A stretch of DNA of 64,000 bases from assembly GCA_951804945.1 (NCBI GenBank), contig OX638151.1, positions 78,306,001 to 78,370,000 of the forward strand, read 5' to 3'. The notes below the pieces were generated by a model, which worked only from the letters and a program-made list of their open reading frames with translations, was not told where the DNA came from and made no database searches. Source of the DNA: Podarcis cretensis. Its lineage: Eukaryota. The position numbers and the translations under genes were made by a program. This document shows positions 1 to 11,040 of the stretch, piece by piece. Positions within the stretch are counted from its first letter, which is position 1. Every line of letters begins with the position of its first letter.

Positions 1-93
1 CAATGATGCTGAGACCCACCAGCAAGGTGTGGGGTTAGAGGCACAGAGGACACAAACCCTTCCTTGGCTGGTCTTCAACAGGTCCTGAAGATT

Positions 94-280
94 ATAAGAA
101 GATCTCTGTAGGAAGATCCACCTACTCCCTCTTCTTTATTTCCCCAGTGACTAACCAGTTGCCTCCATAAAGCCCACCATCAGGTCTTTAAGGCAATAAA
201 CTTTTCCAGCAAATGATATTCAGTGTGCCATACCATATCTGAACATGGAGCTTCCATATAGCCATTATCCCAAATAACTT
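94..280 (-). mobile_element. Degraded CR1 LINE 3'-UTR fragment
   Basis: Resembles, by eye, the reverse complement of the reptile CR1 3' UTR (ataagaag...; attcagtgtgccataccatatctgaacatggagcttccatatagccatt); heavily diverged. Confidence 0.45.
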
Positions 281-1204
281 TTGGGGCCAGGGTAGAATTA
301 GGCAATGATAGCCCTGTAATCTTCTGTCTTAGGTGGCATCTCAATATATTCAGCATGTGACCTATAGTTGTTGTGCTGTAAAAACTTCTCTGCTGCTATA
401 GGTGACAAGGAGCTGAACAGTAGCTCTTAAGAATAACAACATTGCATCACATTCATCATTATTTACTAAATTTGAACACCATCCTTCATCCATAGATCTC
501 AAGGCAGAAGAACTTTGGATTTCAACATAATCTTCTCAACCTAATGGTGGGCATTTGTGTGTTACCATAGTGGACTACCAATGACTTCTTCATTATAAAG
601 CCAGTCCTTGGGCAAAATAGCTCTTGAAATGGCTTCAGAATTCCATCTTTTTGAGCTATCACAATATCTTTAAAGTTTTATTTCCAAAATAGTGGATTGC
701 ATAAACTGGGCATGTACTAGTTGGCATCCCAAGGAGACCATTTCTTCTTCATCAAGGCTCAGAAAAATCTTCTGCTATAAAATGTGTGCTGTCTGTACAG
801 CCATTGTCTGGAAAAACACTCACATAAACACATATGTTGGTTATCACTTCATCTGCAATTACCTTCAATTTTTTAAATAGCCCCTTTAATTGTTCACTTA
901 TTGAAATGCATGTTCACTGTGCATTCTCAGTTTTCCCTCCTAAACCTGTGTAAATTGTGCTATATTAAGAAATCAACATCGGAGTCAGTGAATAATGTTA
1001 GTATATTATCTAACCTTTTTATTTTGTGAGATACTTATTAAGTTTTATGAGATAGAAGAGTTAAGAGTATTTTATATCAGCCCCCTTTTAGTCTTCTTCA
1101 TGCTGTATTTTTTATCAACTTGAACTTAATTTCATTACCAATACTAAAAAAAAATTTTTTTTTTGTCTAATAATGGTGTTACATGTATACTTTCATTTTT
1201 GTAG

Positions 1205-1562
1205 ATGGGAAATCCTTTGGTCAGAGCCACCCACCAAGGTGAATTCACCTCAGGCACGTCGGTTTGCACCTAGTATCAAACGGATAAACTTTCCTACAAA
1301 CCTAATTCGTCTAGAAGTGAATAGTTCTCTTCTGGATTACTACACCGAGTTGGATGCAGTAGTACTACATGGTTTGAGAGAGAGGCCTGTGCTTTCTCTT
1401 AATACGTCATTGATTGATATGAATGATCTGGATGATGATGATGAAGAAGAAGAAGATGGAGAGCAAGACAGCTGCAGCATGGACATCCTTAATAAGCAGT
1501 TTAGTGCGGCTGCCTTCAAGGAATGGACAACTAATGGATACTTTGATAAATTGCCTTATGAG
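1205..1562 (+). CDS. FBXL4: FBXL4 internal coding exon (358 bp; R-WEILWSE...YFDKLPYE; ends at the start of the F-box)
   Basis: Acceptor ttttgtAG at 1203-1204, donor GTAAAG at 1563. Translation [29 protein letters not shown]...[10 protein letters not shown] is recognisable FBXL4. Upstream exons lie outside the window. Confidence 0.95.
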
Positions 1563-2075
1563 GTAAAGGAGTGGGGATTCTTACTTTAAAGCATAATTGC
1601 CATAACCAATTAGGATACAAGGGTACAAGATAGCTTCATATCCATGATTAGTAATGGCTTCACTCATAGTCCTTTGGAATCTGCCCATAATTTTTAAAAA
1701 ACAAAATCCCATTTTCTTGATATGTTTTAAATAAATGATGAGTTCTTCTCAAAGTGGTATTAAACAAATCCAAATAATATTTTGTAAAAATACCAAAATC
1801 CAACAAAAAGCTAGCTGAAATTCTGTTGTTAATGGAACTCCACACCCCCCCCCCAATGAAAATAGCTTTCTTCTTTTGTTCTGTTACGGAAAATAACCTT
1901 TGCAAGCATAGTTTATCCTTGCTGGTTATACTATGCAAAATAATTTTTGAAATTATTCAAATACAATGTTGGTTGTATACAATGTTTGTTGTATAGTATT
2001 GATTATGGAGAAAACTGATTGATAGATACTCATACTAAACCAAATCAAGGGGATGTGTAGGTAGTCACTCTATAT

Positions 2076-2310
2076 CAGGGGTCACCGAGGTTTACCTTGC
2101 CTGGGCCGGTTCACTCCAACAGAGATCCCTCCATGGGCCGAATTGCGTGCAGACATGTTTTCGGCACCTGCACATGTGCAGATGCGATTTCTGGTTTAGT
2201 GCAGAATGTGGGGGCTCGCCGAGCGACTCGGTTTGGGGGCAGCTCGTGGGCCAGTTAAATGACCCCCTTGGGCCGCTTGTGGTCCACAGACCTTAGGTTG
2301 CTGACTCCTG
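2076..2310. mobile_element. Non-autonomous hAT (Charlie-like) MITE
   Basis: Ends CAGGGGTCACC... / ...GTTGCTGACTCCTG; 8-bp TSD ctctatat (2068-2075) / ctctaaat (2311-2318); CpG-rich interior. Confidence 0.8.
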
Positions 2311-3649
2311 CTCTAAATTCCTGCCATTTGTTAAGGCTATAACACCAGTCTCACTTTGGGAACTATTACTCTTCAATTTCTTCCTTTTTTTATACAAGTC
2401 TTAGAAATATTTCAAAATTCCCTCCACAGTTCTTTTCTTTTATGTAAACTGACTTTTAAAAGAAAAGCTGTCAGAAACGGACAACAGCTGCCATTTTTCT
2501 TCAGTAATGCATAATAACCACAGTGGTTTGAAAGAGACTCTGCATGTTATAGGATTAGTTTTTAAAAGCGGATATTCAATAGCATTCTGGGAGTCGTTCT
2601 GAACACATCATGTCTCCTCACTTATTCATTATAGTATCAAATTGTGCTTTATGCTAGGGCGCATGTGCACACACACACACACAGAGCAAATTTCTGACAA
2701 GACACCAGACTCTAAAGTAGTAATGATTAATGGCTATTAGCCTGTAGGCTTGGAAGCTGTTATCTTTGTTTAATCAAAAGCAAAAAAAGTACTTCAGTTA
2801 CATCTTAATGTCATAATCTTACTGACATTTCATTATACCCTTTTCATTTCAGGTATCATGAAGTGTAATTTTAGTCTAAAGTGGGATTAACTTTTCTGGT
2901 GTTGATACTGACATGTTAAAAGATTTTTTATCTCTAATGCAGAGTTAGTGATGTGTAGATTACCAGATACATTAAAAATGAAATTAGTTAAAGGGGACAT
3001 TATTGAGTTTTTCATATCCTTATTAACCATGTTATAGTAGAGAAATATGAGAAGCATAATTTTGTTCTCTTTAAAAGAACACTATTTTCCTTTTAAACCT
3101 TCCTTTACGATTTTCACTGCAATAGCAAGGAATGTCGTCAATTTAGCAGTCTGAAAATTCACTTTGTACTTCTTTGACTAGCTGGTGTGTGGGCTCACAA
3201 ATAACAGCATACAAAGCATTTCAACCTCATCCTATTTTTGTAACAAACAAAAAATACTAACAGTGCAATCTACATGAACCACAATAACACATAGTATGGA
3301 AGAAAACTTGCCTCTTGCACAGGACTGACTGGATTCCTACTCCATCACCAGCGCAGCTATTGGATATTATGGTGTCATTGTAAAATAAGTCAGTCTGCAA
3401 TTCTGAAAATCCTATATTTCTGTTTTGCTTACAATACAACGAAAACCATCATGTATCTCTGACAGCATTTGGAGCAAACAGTTCAGTGTGGATTTTGGTT
3501 CTTTTATATTAATGTCAAACTTGATTTTTCTGTTCAAACTTGAGTTGTTATACTTGACTCTTGTTTTGGCTATGTGACAACATATAAGTCATGTGGCTAA
3601 ATTCTGAATAACTAGTAGAATATTTCCAATATTTTCAAGAGATCTAACT

Positions 3650-3702
3650 TTTATTTTATTTTATTTATTTTATATCCCACCCTTCATCCAAAGATCTCAG
3701 GG
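3650..3702 (-). mobile_element. L2/SINE 3'-tail fragment
   Basis: (TTTTA)n then tatatcccacccttcatccaaagatctcaggg; related pieces near 460-505 and 41838-41898. Confidence 0.5.
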
Positions 3703-3788
3703 CATTTGCATTTTTTGGTGGAAGCCCCATTAAGTTCAATGGAAGGGAGTTAATAATGTGCTTCACTCTCTGATAGAAATTAATGGAA

Positions 3789-4056
3789 CCGCTGCTCGGT
3801 CCCAGCGCCTGCCAACCTAGCAGTTCGAAAGCACCCCCGGGTGCAAGTAGATAAATAGGGACCGCTTACCAGCGGGAAGGTAAACGGCGTTTCCGTGTGC
3901 GGCTCTGGCTCTGGCCAGAGCAGCGATGTCATGCTGGCCACGTGACCTGGAAGTGTCTGCGGACAGCGCTGGCCCCTGGCCTCTTAAGTGAGATGGGCGC
4001 ACAACCCCAGAGTCTGTCAAGACTGGCCCGTACGGGCAGGGGTACCTTTACCTTTA
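3789..4056 (+). mobile_element. Sauria (Squam1-type) SINE, 5'-truncated
   Basis: cctgccaacctagcagttcgaaagcac...gtgcaagtagataaatagg...gggaaggtaaacggcgtttcc... with (ACCTTT)n tail; near-identical to the 3' part of 5589-5941. Confidence 0.9.
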
Positions 4057-4117
4057 AAAAGAACATAATCATGCCAAATAATGAAATAGCTGATTTTGTA
4101 TGTTTGTGTTGGGCAAG

Positions 4118-4118
<1 letters not shown>

Positions 4119-4165
<47 letters not shown>
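4119..4165. repeat. (GT)n(GA)n compound microsatellite
   Basis: Direct reading. Confidence 0.95.
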
Positions 4166-4490
4166 AGGACTCAACTGATGTTGTTTTATTAATCTTGAAA
4201 GCAGAAATGCCTTCTGTTATGTTAATGCATGGTTTTAAAAACCCTTAAAGAGAGAAAGGCAGGTTTTTTAAAAAATGAAGTTTAATTATGTAAAGTATTT
4301 TAAAAAGCAAGGTAGAGAGGAACAAAAGAAGCACTAAATAGAAAAATGACTAGGAACAGGAAATGTTTTTCTCCTTAAGTGTATTCAGTTTTTTAAAATC
4401 AGTGAACTAATGGGATATATCATCAAATGCAGTGGAAATTGTAATTTTAAGGACAGTGGTGTGATGTTCTTTTCTGTGTTTTCAATTCAG

Positions 4491-4735
4491 CTTATCCAGT
4501 TGATTTTGAGTCACCTTGCAGTCCCAGATCTGTGTAGACTATCGCAGACATGTAAGCTACTTTATCAGCACTGCTGTGATCCTCTACAGTACATTCACCT
4601 CAGTTTGCAACCTTATTGGGCAAGAATAAACGACACAGCTCTAGAATACCTACAGTCTCGCTGTATCCTTGTCCAGTGGCTGAATTTATCTTGGACTGGA
4701 AACAGAGGAACCATTTCTCTATCTGCTTTTAGCAG
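4491..4735 (+). CDS. FBXL4: FBXL4 coding exon (245 bp; F-box body [22 protein letters not shown]...)
   Basis: Acceptor ttcaattcAG (4489-4490), donor GTCAGT at 4736; phase 0 continues the previous exon. Confidence 0.95.
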
Positions 4736-5588
4736 GTCAGTGCTCTGAATCATGATGTATTAAATATTTGAGAATCATCCCCATACCCCTGCTTGCCACT
4801 CCTTTCAGGTAGGACAGGAAATCTTCTCTTGTTTCTTTTTCACATGGCCCTAATCCAGCAACAGTAATCCAAACTCAGTTTCTACACATGGATTTGCAGC
4901 AGCAGAGGGGGAATGGAATTTGACACATAACTACATTTCTAACAACTGGCTTTTGTGTGTGTCAGAGGCAGTGTTGCTCTCTCCTTGGAGTGAAGGTTGA
5001 GGGTAAGTTCAGCCTAATTCTCTGCAGTCTCTGCCATTTTATCCCATGCCATTTCCCTTCCACCTGTCAAACAGTTGGCAATGGTAGAGATGTAAGTGGA
5101 CCCATAACTAAAGCAGCGAGGCCTGTGACTTGCCACTGCTGTGTTTATGGATCCCTATATCATGGCAACAATTACCTATCTGAGAGAAATGAGGAATGTT
5201 TACTGGGTCAGAGAAGGTAGGCTTCACTGAAGAATTGGGAACATAATGTCATTTCTAAAAGATTAGCAGTAACAGAGAAGCTAGCGAGAAGAGTTCCATA
5301 AGTTGCAGTTCCACATATTAGTGCCAGGATTTGGGTGGGTTTTGATTTTGTGATAGGCAATCTAGCCAGGACAGCAGAACTTGAGTTCCCAACCTTTAAC
5401 CCAGCCAAGCGAAATTCTGGCTTTCATATTAGTTTTGATTCATATACCTTATTACTTGCTTTATTTACAGATATTCAACATCATTTATACAACATCCTCA
5501 TGGTCAGTTCAATAACAGTAGTAGCCTCGCGCCCTTGGAGCTTCTCTACTAGATTGGAAAGTCAGGTTAAGGAATTATGATGACCCAA

Positions 5589-5941
5589 GGCAGGTGGCGC
5601 TGTGGGTAAAAGCCTCAGCGAGGGCTTGCCGATCGAAAGGTCGGCGGTTCGAATCCCCGCGGCAGGGTGCGCTCCCGCTGCTCGGTCCCAGCGCCTGCCA
5701 ACCTAGCAGTTCGAAAGCACCCCCGGGTGCAAGTAGATAAATAGGGACCGCTTACTAGCGGGAAGGTAAACGGCGTTTCCGTGTGCTGCGCTGGCTCGCC
5801 AGATGCAGCTTTGTCACGCTGGCCACGTGACCCGGAAGTGTCTCCGGACAGCGCTGGCCCCTGGCCTCTTAAGTGAGATGGGCGCACAACCCCAGAGTCT
5901 GTCAAGACTGGCCCGTACGGGCAGGGGTACCTTTACCTTTT
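5589..5941 (+). mobile_element. Sauria (Squam1-type) SINE, near full-length
   Basis: Pol III A-box TGGCGCTGTGG (~5595-5605), B-box GGTTCGAATCC (5646-5656), body and (ACCTTT)n tail. Confidence 0.92.
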
Positions 5942-7727
5942 AAGATACTTATAGACAGAGCAGAAAAATATTATTTGATACTTAGTGGAGAATGGAAACT
6001 CATGAAAGACTGGGCTGTAATCGTTTGTATGGTACTGATTTAAAAGTGTGGTTTGCTATTTTTAACCTAATTTTTAAATATTAGCAAATTTTATGTCAGA
6101 CATATTTTTTAAAAAAGTAACTGTCCATCTAGAAGTTATTGGGCTGGATGTAGACCTACCTTTTGCAAATGAAAGATACATGGAAGGACTCAGTGGGAGA
6201 AGGGAGCAGAAGCAATTCCCTCCCCCTTTCTCCTGCAGTTCCCCACATCACCTCCCATATGGTTTCTGAAGGTCCCTCTGGCTGCTGGTCCAGGTTTTCA
6301 AGGGCTATATAGGCAGAGCTCCTCTTGTGGTTAGCCTAGACCCAGCCCATTGGTTGAACACTGTTAGGCTGCAATCCTCAGCCCATCTTATTACAGTATA
6401 TTGATGCTTGTGGACCCATGAGTAAGTTGTCCAGGATTTTAGTTTTTAGGTAGAAAGAAACCAAGAGGTAGCTTTGCCTAGTATATCTATCCTTTGGGGG
6501 CCAAACTTTAGATTATGTTTATAGTCCTTTAAAGATATAGCTAGCTAGCTATTTGTTTATATTTCTGAAAATGTTGAGTATCGGTAGAATATGTATTAAC
6601 TCCAAGGAAATAGAACAAATTAGAATAGTGATCTAAGAAATCTGACAAGCAAAGGATATATTACCATGAGAGGACAGAATGCTTCAGGCATGTGAACATC
6701 CTGAGGCAAAGCTGAAGGTAATTTAACTTATTGATAATGTCCATCTCCTTAGGGCTATATAAGAATGTCATCATGTTTTACTTTTGAGAATTACTAAGTT
6801 TGCTAAACTTCTGTGCTTGAGCTAAAAAGGGAGTTTGGGAAATACTGATTGGGACAATAAATCAAATTTAGTAATATATATTTGAATAATTTTATATTGC
6901 TCTGTCAGTGAAAGAATGGCATGTGAATTGAGAAAATGGTGCGCATAATCATATTACATACAGATAATTCTGATTTGGCATCAGAAGAGCAGCAGAGTTT
7001 TTAACATTTGCTAATGTCAATTGTAGCAGGATAAAGTTTGTGCTGCTGCAAAATATTTGAGTGTTTTGGGAGCAAGAAATTATATTTTAAAGAAATTATA
7101 CTTTAAAAGTTGAGATTTCAATCCCTTTCTTACATGTAAAATTGTAAATTGTAAAGACAATGAAACAAATCTATTTACATTTATTCTGTGGGGGCGGGAT
7201 TTGGGGGGAGTGAAAATTAAAGGAATGCTTATGTAAGAATTTGTCTAGGATGTTCACATTACTTGAATAAAGTTGGCTTGGTGTCTTATGGTCTTAACTT
7301 TCGCAGTACAATAATGTTACAAAAATTAGCCTCTACAGTATGCTTCTTATGTATGTAAAATGTGTATGAAATAATGTGATGCCAAAATTCTAGGGCTTGA
7401 TGTGTTTCAAAATTTCAATTGCATGGTATAATTGATACTAATAATATTTAATAAAAAAAAAATCTATGTTAGCACTTCTAGAGGATTCTTCTTCTGATCA
7501 ATGGAAAACTGCATTAGAATAAATTCAGTAATAAATACAGATCCTAAGAAAATTTGCTTTTACTCTATTGGACTTTGTGAATGTGATCTGGTCTGCAAAT
7601 AAGCTCCGTTTATTTGTGCCTGTACTCACTTTACCCGACACTGTCCCTTCCTTACTGTCTTCTTGGTGTGTCACAATTAATCTAGAGACAGTAGTTTCTG
7701 CCATCATCATTCTCTTGTTTCCCGGGT

Positions 7728-7883
7728 TGCGTACACACCATATTTTAAGGCACATTTTCCTCCAGAACACCCTGGGAACTGTAGCCTAACTCTCACAGAA
7801 CTACAATTCCCAAAACACATTTTTAAAAACTACAGTTCCCAGGATTCTTGAGGGGGATGCTTTAAATGTACGGTGTGCATGCA
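7728..7883. mobile_element. Palindromic MITE-like element
   Basis: Long imperfect TIRs tgcgtacacaccatattttaaggca / tgctttaaatgtacggtgtgcatgca; internal inverted pair ctgggaactgtag / ctacagttcccag. Confidence 0.7.
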
Positions 7884-8126
7884 GTTCGGGTCTCCCTGAC
7901 ACTACTGTCCCTCACAGCGGCAAGCATATCAGTGCATTTAGACTTAGGGCACATGCTATGCTATGAGGATATATGGGAAACCTTTGGAACACAAATAACT
8001 GCTTCACAAGTTACAAAATGCTTTCAGAGGAGACATTTTGGTGTAGAAATTAACTTAAAACCCAAGCGTGAACCCAATAACCTGCAATGTGTGATGATTA
8101 CATGTCTGTGTGGTTATTTGCATATA

Positions 8127-8360
8127 CAGTCAAACCTCGGCTGTCGAACGTAATCCGTTCAAGAAGACCGTTCAACTTCCCAAACATTTGACAACTGAGG
8201 CGCGGATTCTGATTGGTTGCAAGAGTTTCTTGTACTCACGCGGAAGCCACGTCGGACGTTCGGGTTCCAAAAGACGTTCGAAAACCGGAGCATTTACCTC
8301 CGGGTTTTCAGGAGCCGAAACGTTCGAAAATGGAGCCGTTCGAGAACCGAGGCTTGACTG
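8127..8360. mobile_element. pogo/Tigger-like MITE, family B (234 bp)
   Basis: TA TSD on both sides; ~24-bp TIRs CAGTCAAACCTCGGCTGTCGAACG / CGTTCGAGAACCGAGGCTTGACTG; repeated internal GTTCG. Confidence 0.88.
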
Positions 8361-8779
8361 TACGTACATCAGAAGCTACAATTGAATTCCCACACTATGC
8401 ACACATTGCAGCATTTCTGAGTACCAATTTTGTAATTTACAAAATGGGCTCTAGCTTTCTGGTTTAGGTGTATCATGATGCTTCCATGGCAGAATTTTCC
8501 TTCTTGCAGCTGTGAGGAAAGTTCTCTTGGCTGGTTAAACTGCTTTCTCTTGGTCCCTGGTGTTAATTATGCTCCCCCCTCAGTTCTGTGTTTAAGCTGT
8601 TGCTTTACTAATAAGGCTTCTTATTAGGAATGCATAGCATTGTTCTCGAGCTTCTAAGACATGGCAAGAGAAATAACTGGGCTTTATCCAGGTGGTCCCC
8701 CCCCCCAATTTAAACTACTGTAAGCAAAGACACTTCTTTCCTTGTTGAATTAACCCACATGACAATGTGCTTTTTACAG

Positions 8780-8993
8780 ATTCTTGAAGGTTTGTGGTTC
8801 AGAACTAGTGCGCCTGGAGTTGTCTTGTGGTCATTTCCTCAATGAGGCTTGCTTGGAGGTCATTGCTGAGACATGTCTGAATCTTCAAGAATTAAATCTC
8901 TCCTCCTGTGATAAGCTACCACCTCAGGCTTTCAATCACATTGCCAAGTTGTGCAACCTTACACGTCTAATTCTCTACCGAACGAAAGTAGAG
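8780..8993 (+). CDS. FBXL4: FBXL4 coding exon (214 bp; LRRs, [16 protein letters not shown]...YRTKVE)
   Basis: Acceptor tttttacAG (8778-8779), donor GTAAAG at 8994; phase consistent. Confidence 0.95.
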
Positions 8994-10798
8994 GTAAAGT
9001 TTTTCTTCTTCTTTTATCAGTGATGATAAGACTTAAGCCTCAGAAACAGAATAGAGTGTAACTTCTGTGAAGTACTCCTGTTTGAAAAAATCAGGAAAAA
9101 TATATATCTTAGGGCAGTATCCAGCAATCCAATATCACACATAGGAATTCCCCTCCCCCCTCCCAGATCTGTCCCAAGGATCCCTCAATGCTCCAGAGCA
9201 GATTTTGAGGGAACACAAAGCGAAATATGTTCTATCAACAGTGTCAGTTCTGTTGGTTGACAGCCATCACTGGATTTCATACTTAAGACTGTAGCTAATA
9301 AACAGAACTTGCATCTGCTAGTATAGATACATTCCTAGTTTACTGCATTTCTCTGCTCCCTAATCCCTCAGGATTTTTAATGTGTCTGGTGGGAATTCAA
9401 TACCATCCATTCTATCATGTGTAATTTAACTTGCTCTCTCCTGTAATGCTGATTGCTACTATGATGTCCTGAGAGTTATCTAAGCGAAAGTCGGGGGGGG
9501 GGGGATGCCGTAAGTTTCCTCCATCCTGAGTCAGTGACTGCCAAAGCATCAGTCACGATAATTTTGTTCAAAGTTCAGCAATAGCACATCTTTCTGTTAC
9601 TAACCGAAGGTTAGTAAATTTAAGGTTAGTAAAATATTTTTTTCCTGATCTGTTTTGTGAGTTACTTACACACAGATGTAATGACAGCTTGCGTTCTGCA
9701 AGCGTAAATGCCTTCCTTGCTGCTAATGGAAATACACCTGTTGTAATCTATGGGTTGTTAAAGTATGTGCAGGCAGAAGATCCACATGTACGCATGTTTC
9801 ATTTTCAGGCTCAAATTATTGGCTGCAATTGCAGCCAGTTTTATTGCAAACCTACTTCACCCTATGTTTATTCAATGCACACGGCTAGTTATCTCTGTGT
9901 TTGGCCAATAGTGGAACAATTTTACCATTTGAAAATGCCTTTTAGAAGAGACCTAGCCTTCTGCTTAAACAATCCAGTGGTAGTTTCCCTTCATGAAATG
10001 CAACCAACTGTGTACAAAACCAAGATGTAATAAATTTTCTAATTATAAATAATTACAACTTAAATATTCTTACTTTTTGAAAGCACTTATTACAAGTTAT
10101 AATTCTGCTTCAGTCATCTAAGTAATCTTTAAGTTATACTAAAGTAAGACTACAGTTATACTCAAAAGAGTTTTGTGCTGGTGGTCTTAGTATTTGCTGA
10201 CTCTTTAATCCTTTATTCATTGAATATGCATTCACAGCATACTTCCAGAATTTGTTGGCATTGATGCATTTGAGGTGCACAATGGACAATAAAAGTACTT
10301 TGTTCATAGTAACTTGACAATACACATCATTATTTTGGCTTGTATATGTATGTTATCTTGATTTGATTCTTATCTTGATTTTCTGTTTCCACTTCTGTGT
10401 TGGAGCCAACATGATATCTTGATGAAGCTATCAAATCTATGATTCTAGTGCTTTTACATTCAAAAGCATCAGGATGTCATATTTTAAAAAATAAAGTATC
10501 AATTCATATGTTGTGTAACTAACTACCCGACCATTTCAAACTTTTTTATGCTGTTGTTGCATTTGAATGTAAATAATAGGAATTATAATTTAGAACTTGT
10601 TGCAAACCTATGTTTGTATAATTAAATATTTTGTACAACATGGTAACATCTTAGAACTGGCATTAACAGTGGTTAATGGGGAATAGATTTGCAATCTATT
10701 TGCAATCTAGTTACTTAAGGAATCTGGAATCTGGGCACATACACATCTTCTCCCTGCCACCTTTAAAGTCCTTCTTGCTCCACCCAGAAAAGGTGGTA

Positions 10799-11040
10799 CA
10801 GTGGTACCTCGGGTTAAGTACTTAATTCGTTCCAAAGGTCCGTACTTAACCTGAAACTGTTCTTAACCTGAAGCACCACTTTAGCTAATGGGGCCTCCTG
10901 CTGCTGCCGCGCCATCGGAGCACAATTTCTGTTCTCATCCTGAAGCAAAGTTCTTAACCTGAAGCACTATTTCTGGGTTAGCGGAGTCTGTAACCTGAAG
11001 TGTATGTAACCTGAAGTGTATGTAACCCGAGGTACCACTG
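10799..11040. mobile_element. pogo/Tigger-like MITE, family A copy 1 (242 bp)
   Basis: TA TSD; TIR CAGTGGTACCTCGGGTTA / TAACCCGAGGTACCACTG; repeated TAACCTGA; an inverted copy lies at 24295-24536. Confidence 0.92.

Noticed and set aside
5589-5665. Possible tRNA gene (A and B boxes)
   Set aside because: tRNA-derived head of a SINE, continuous with the SINE body; no complete cloverleaf
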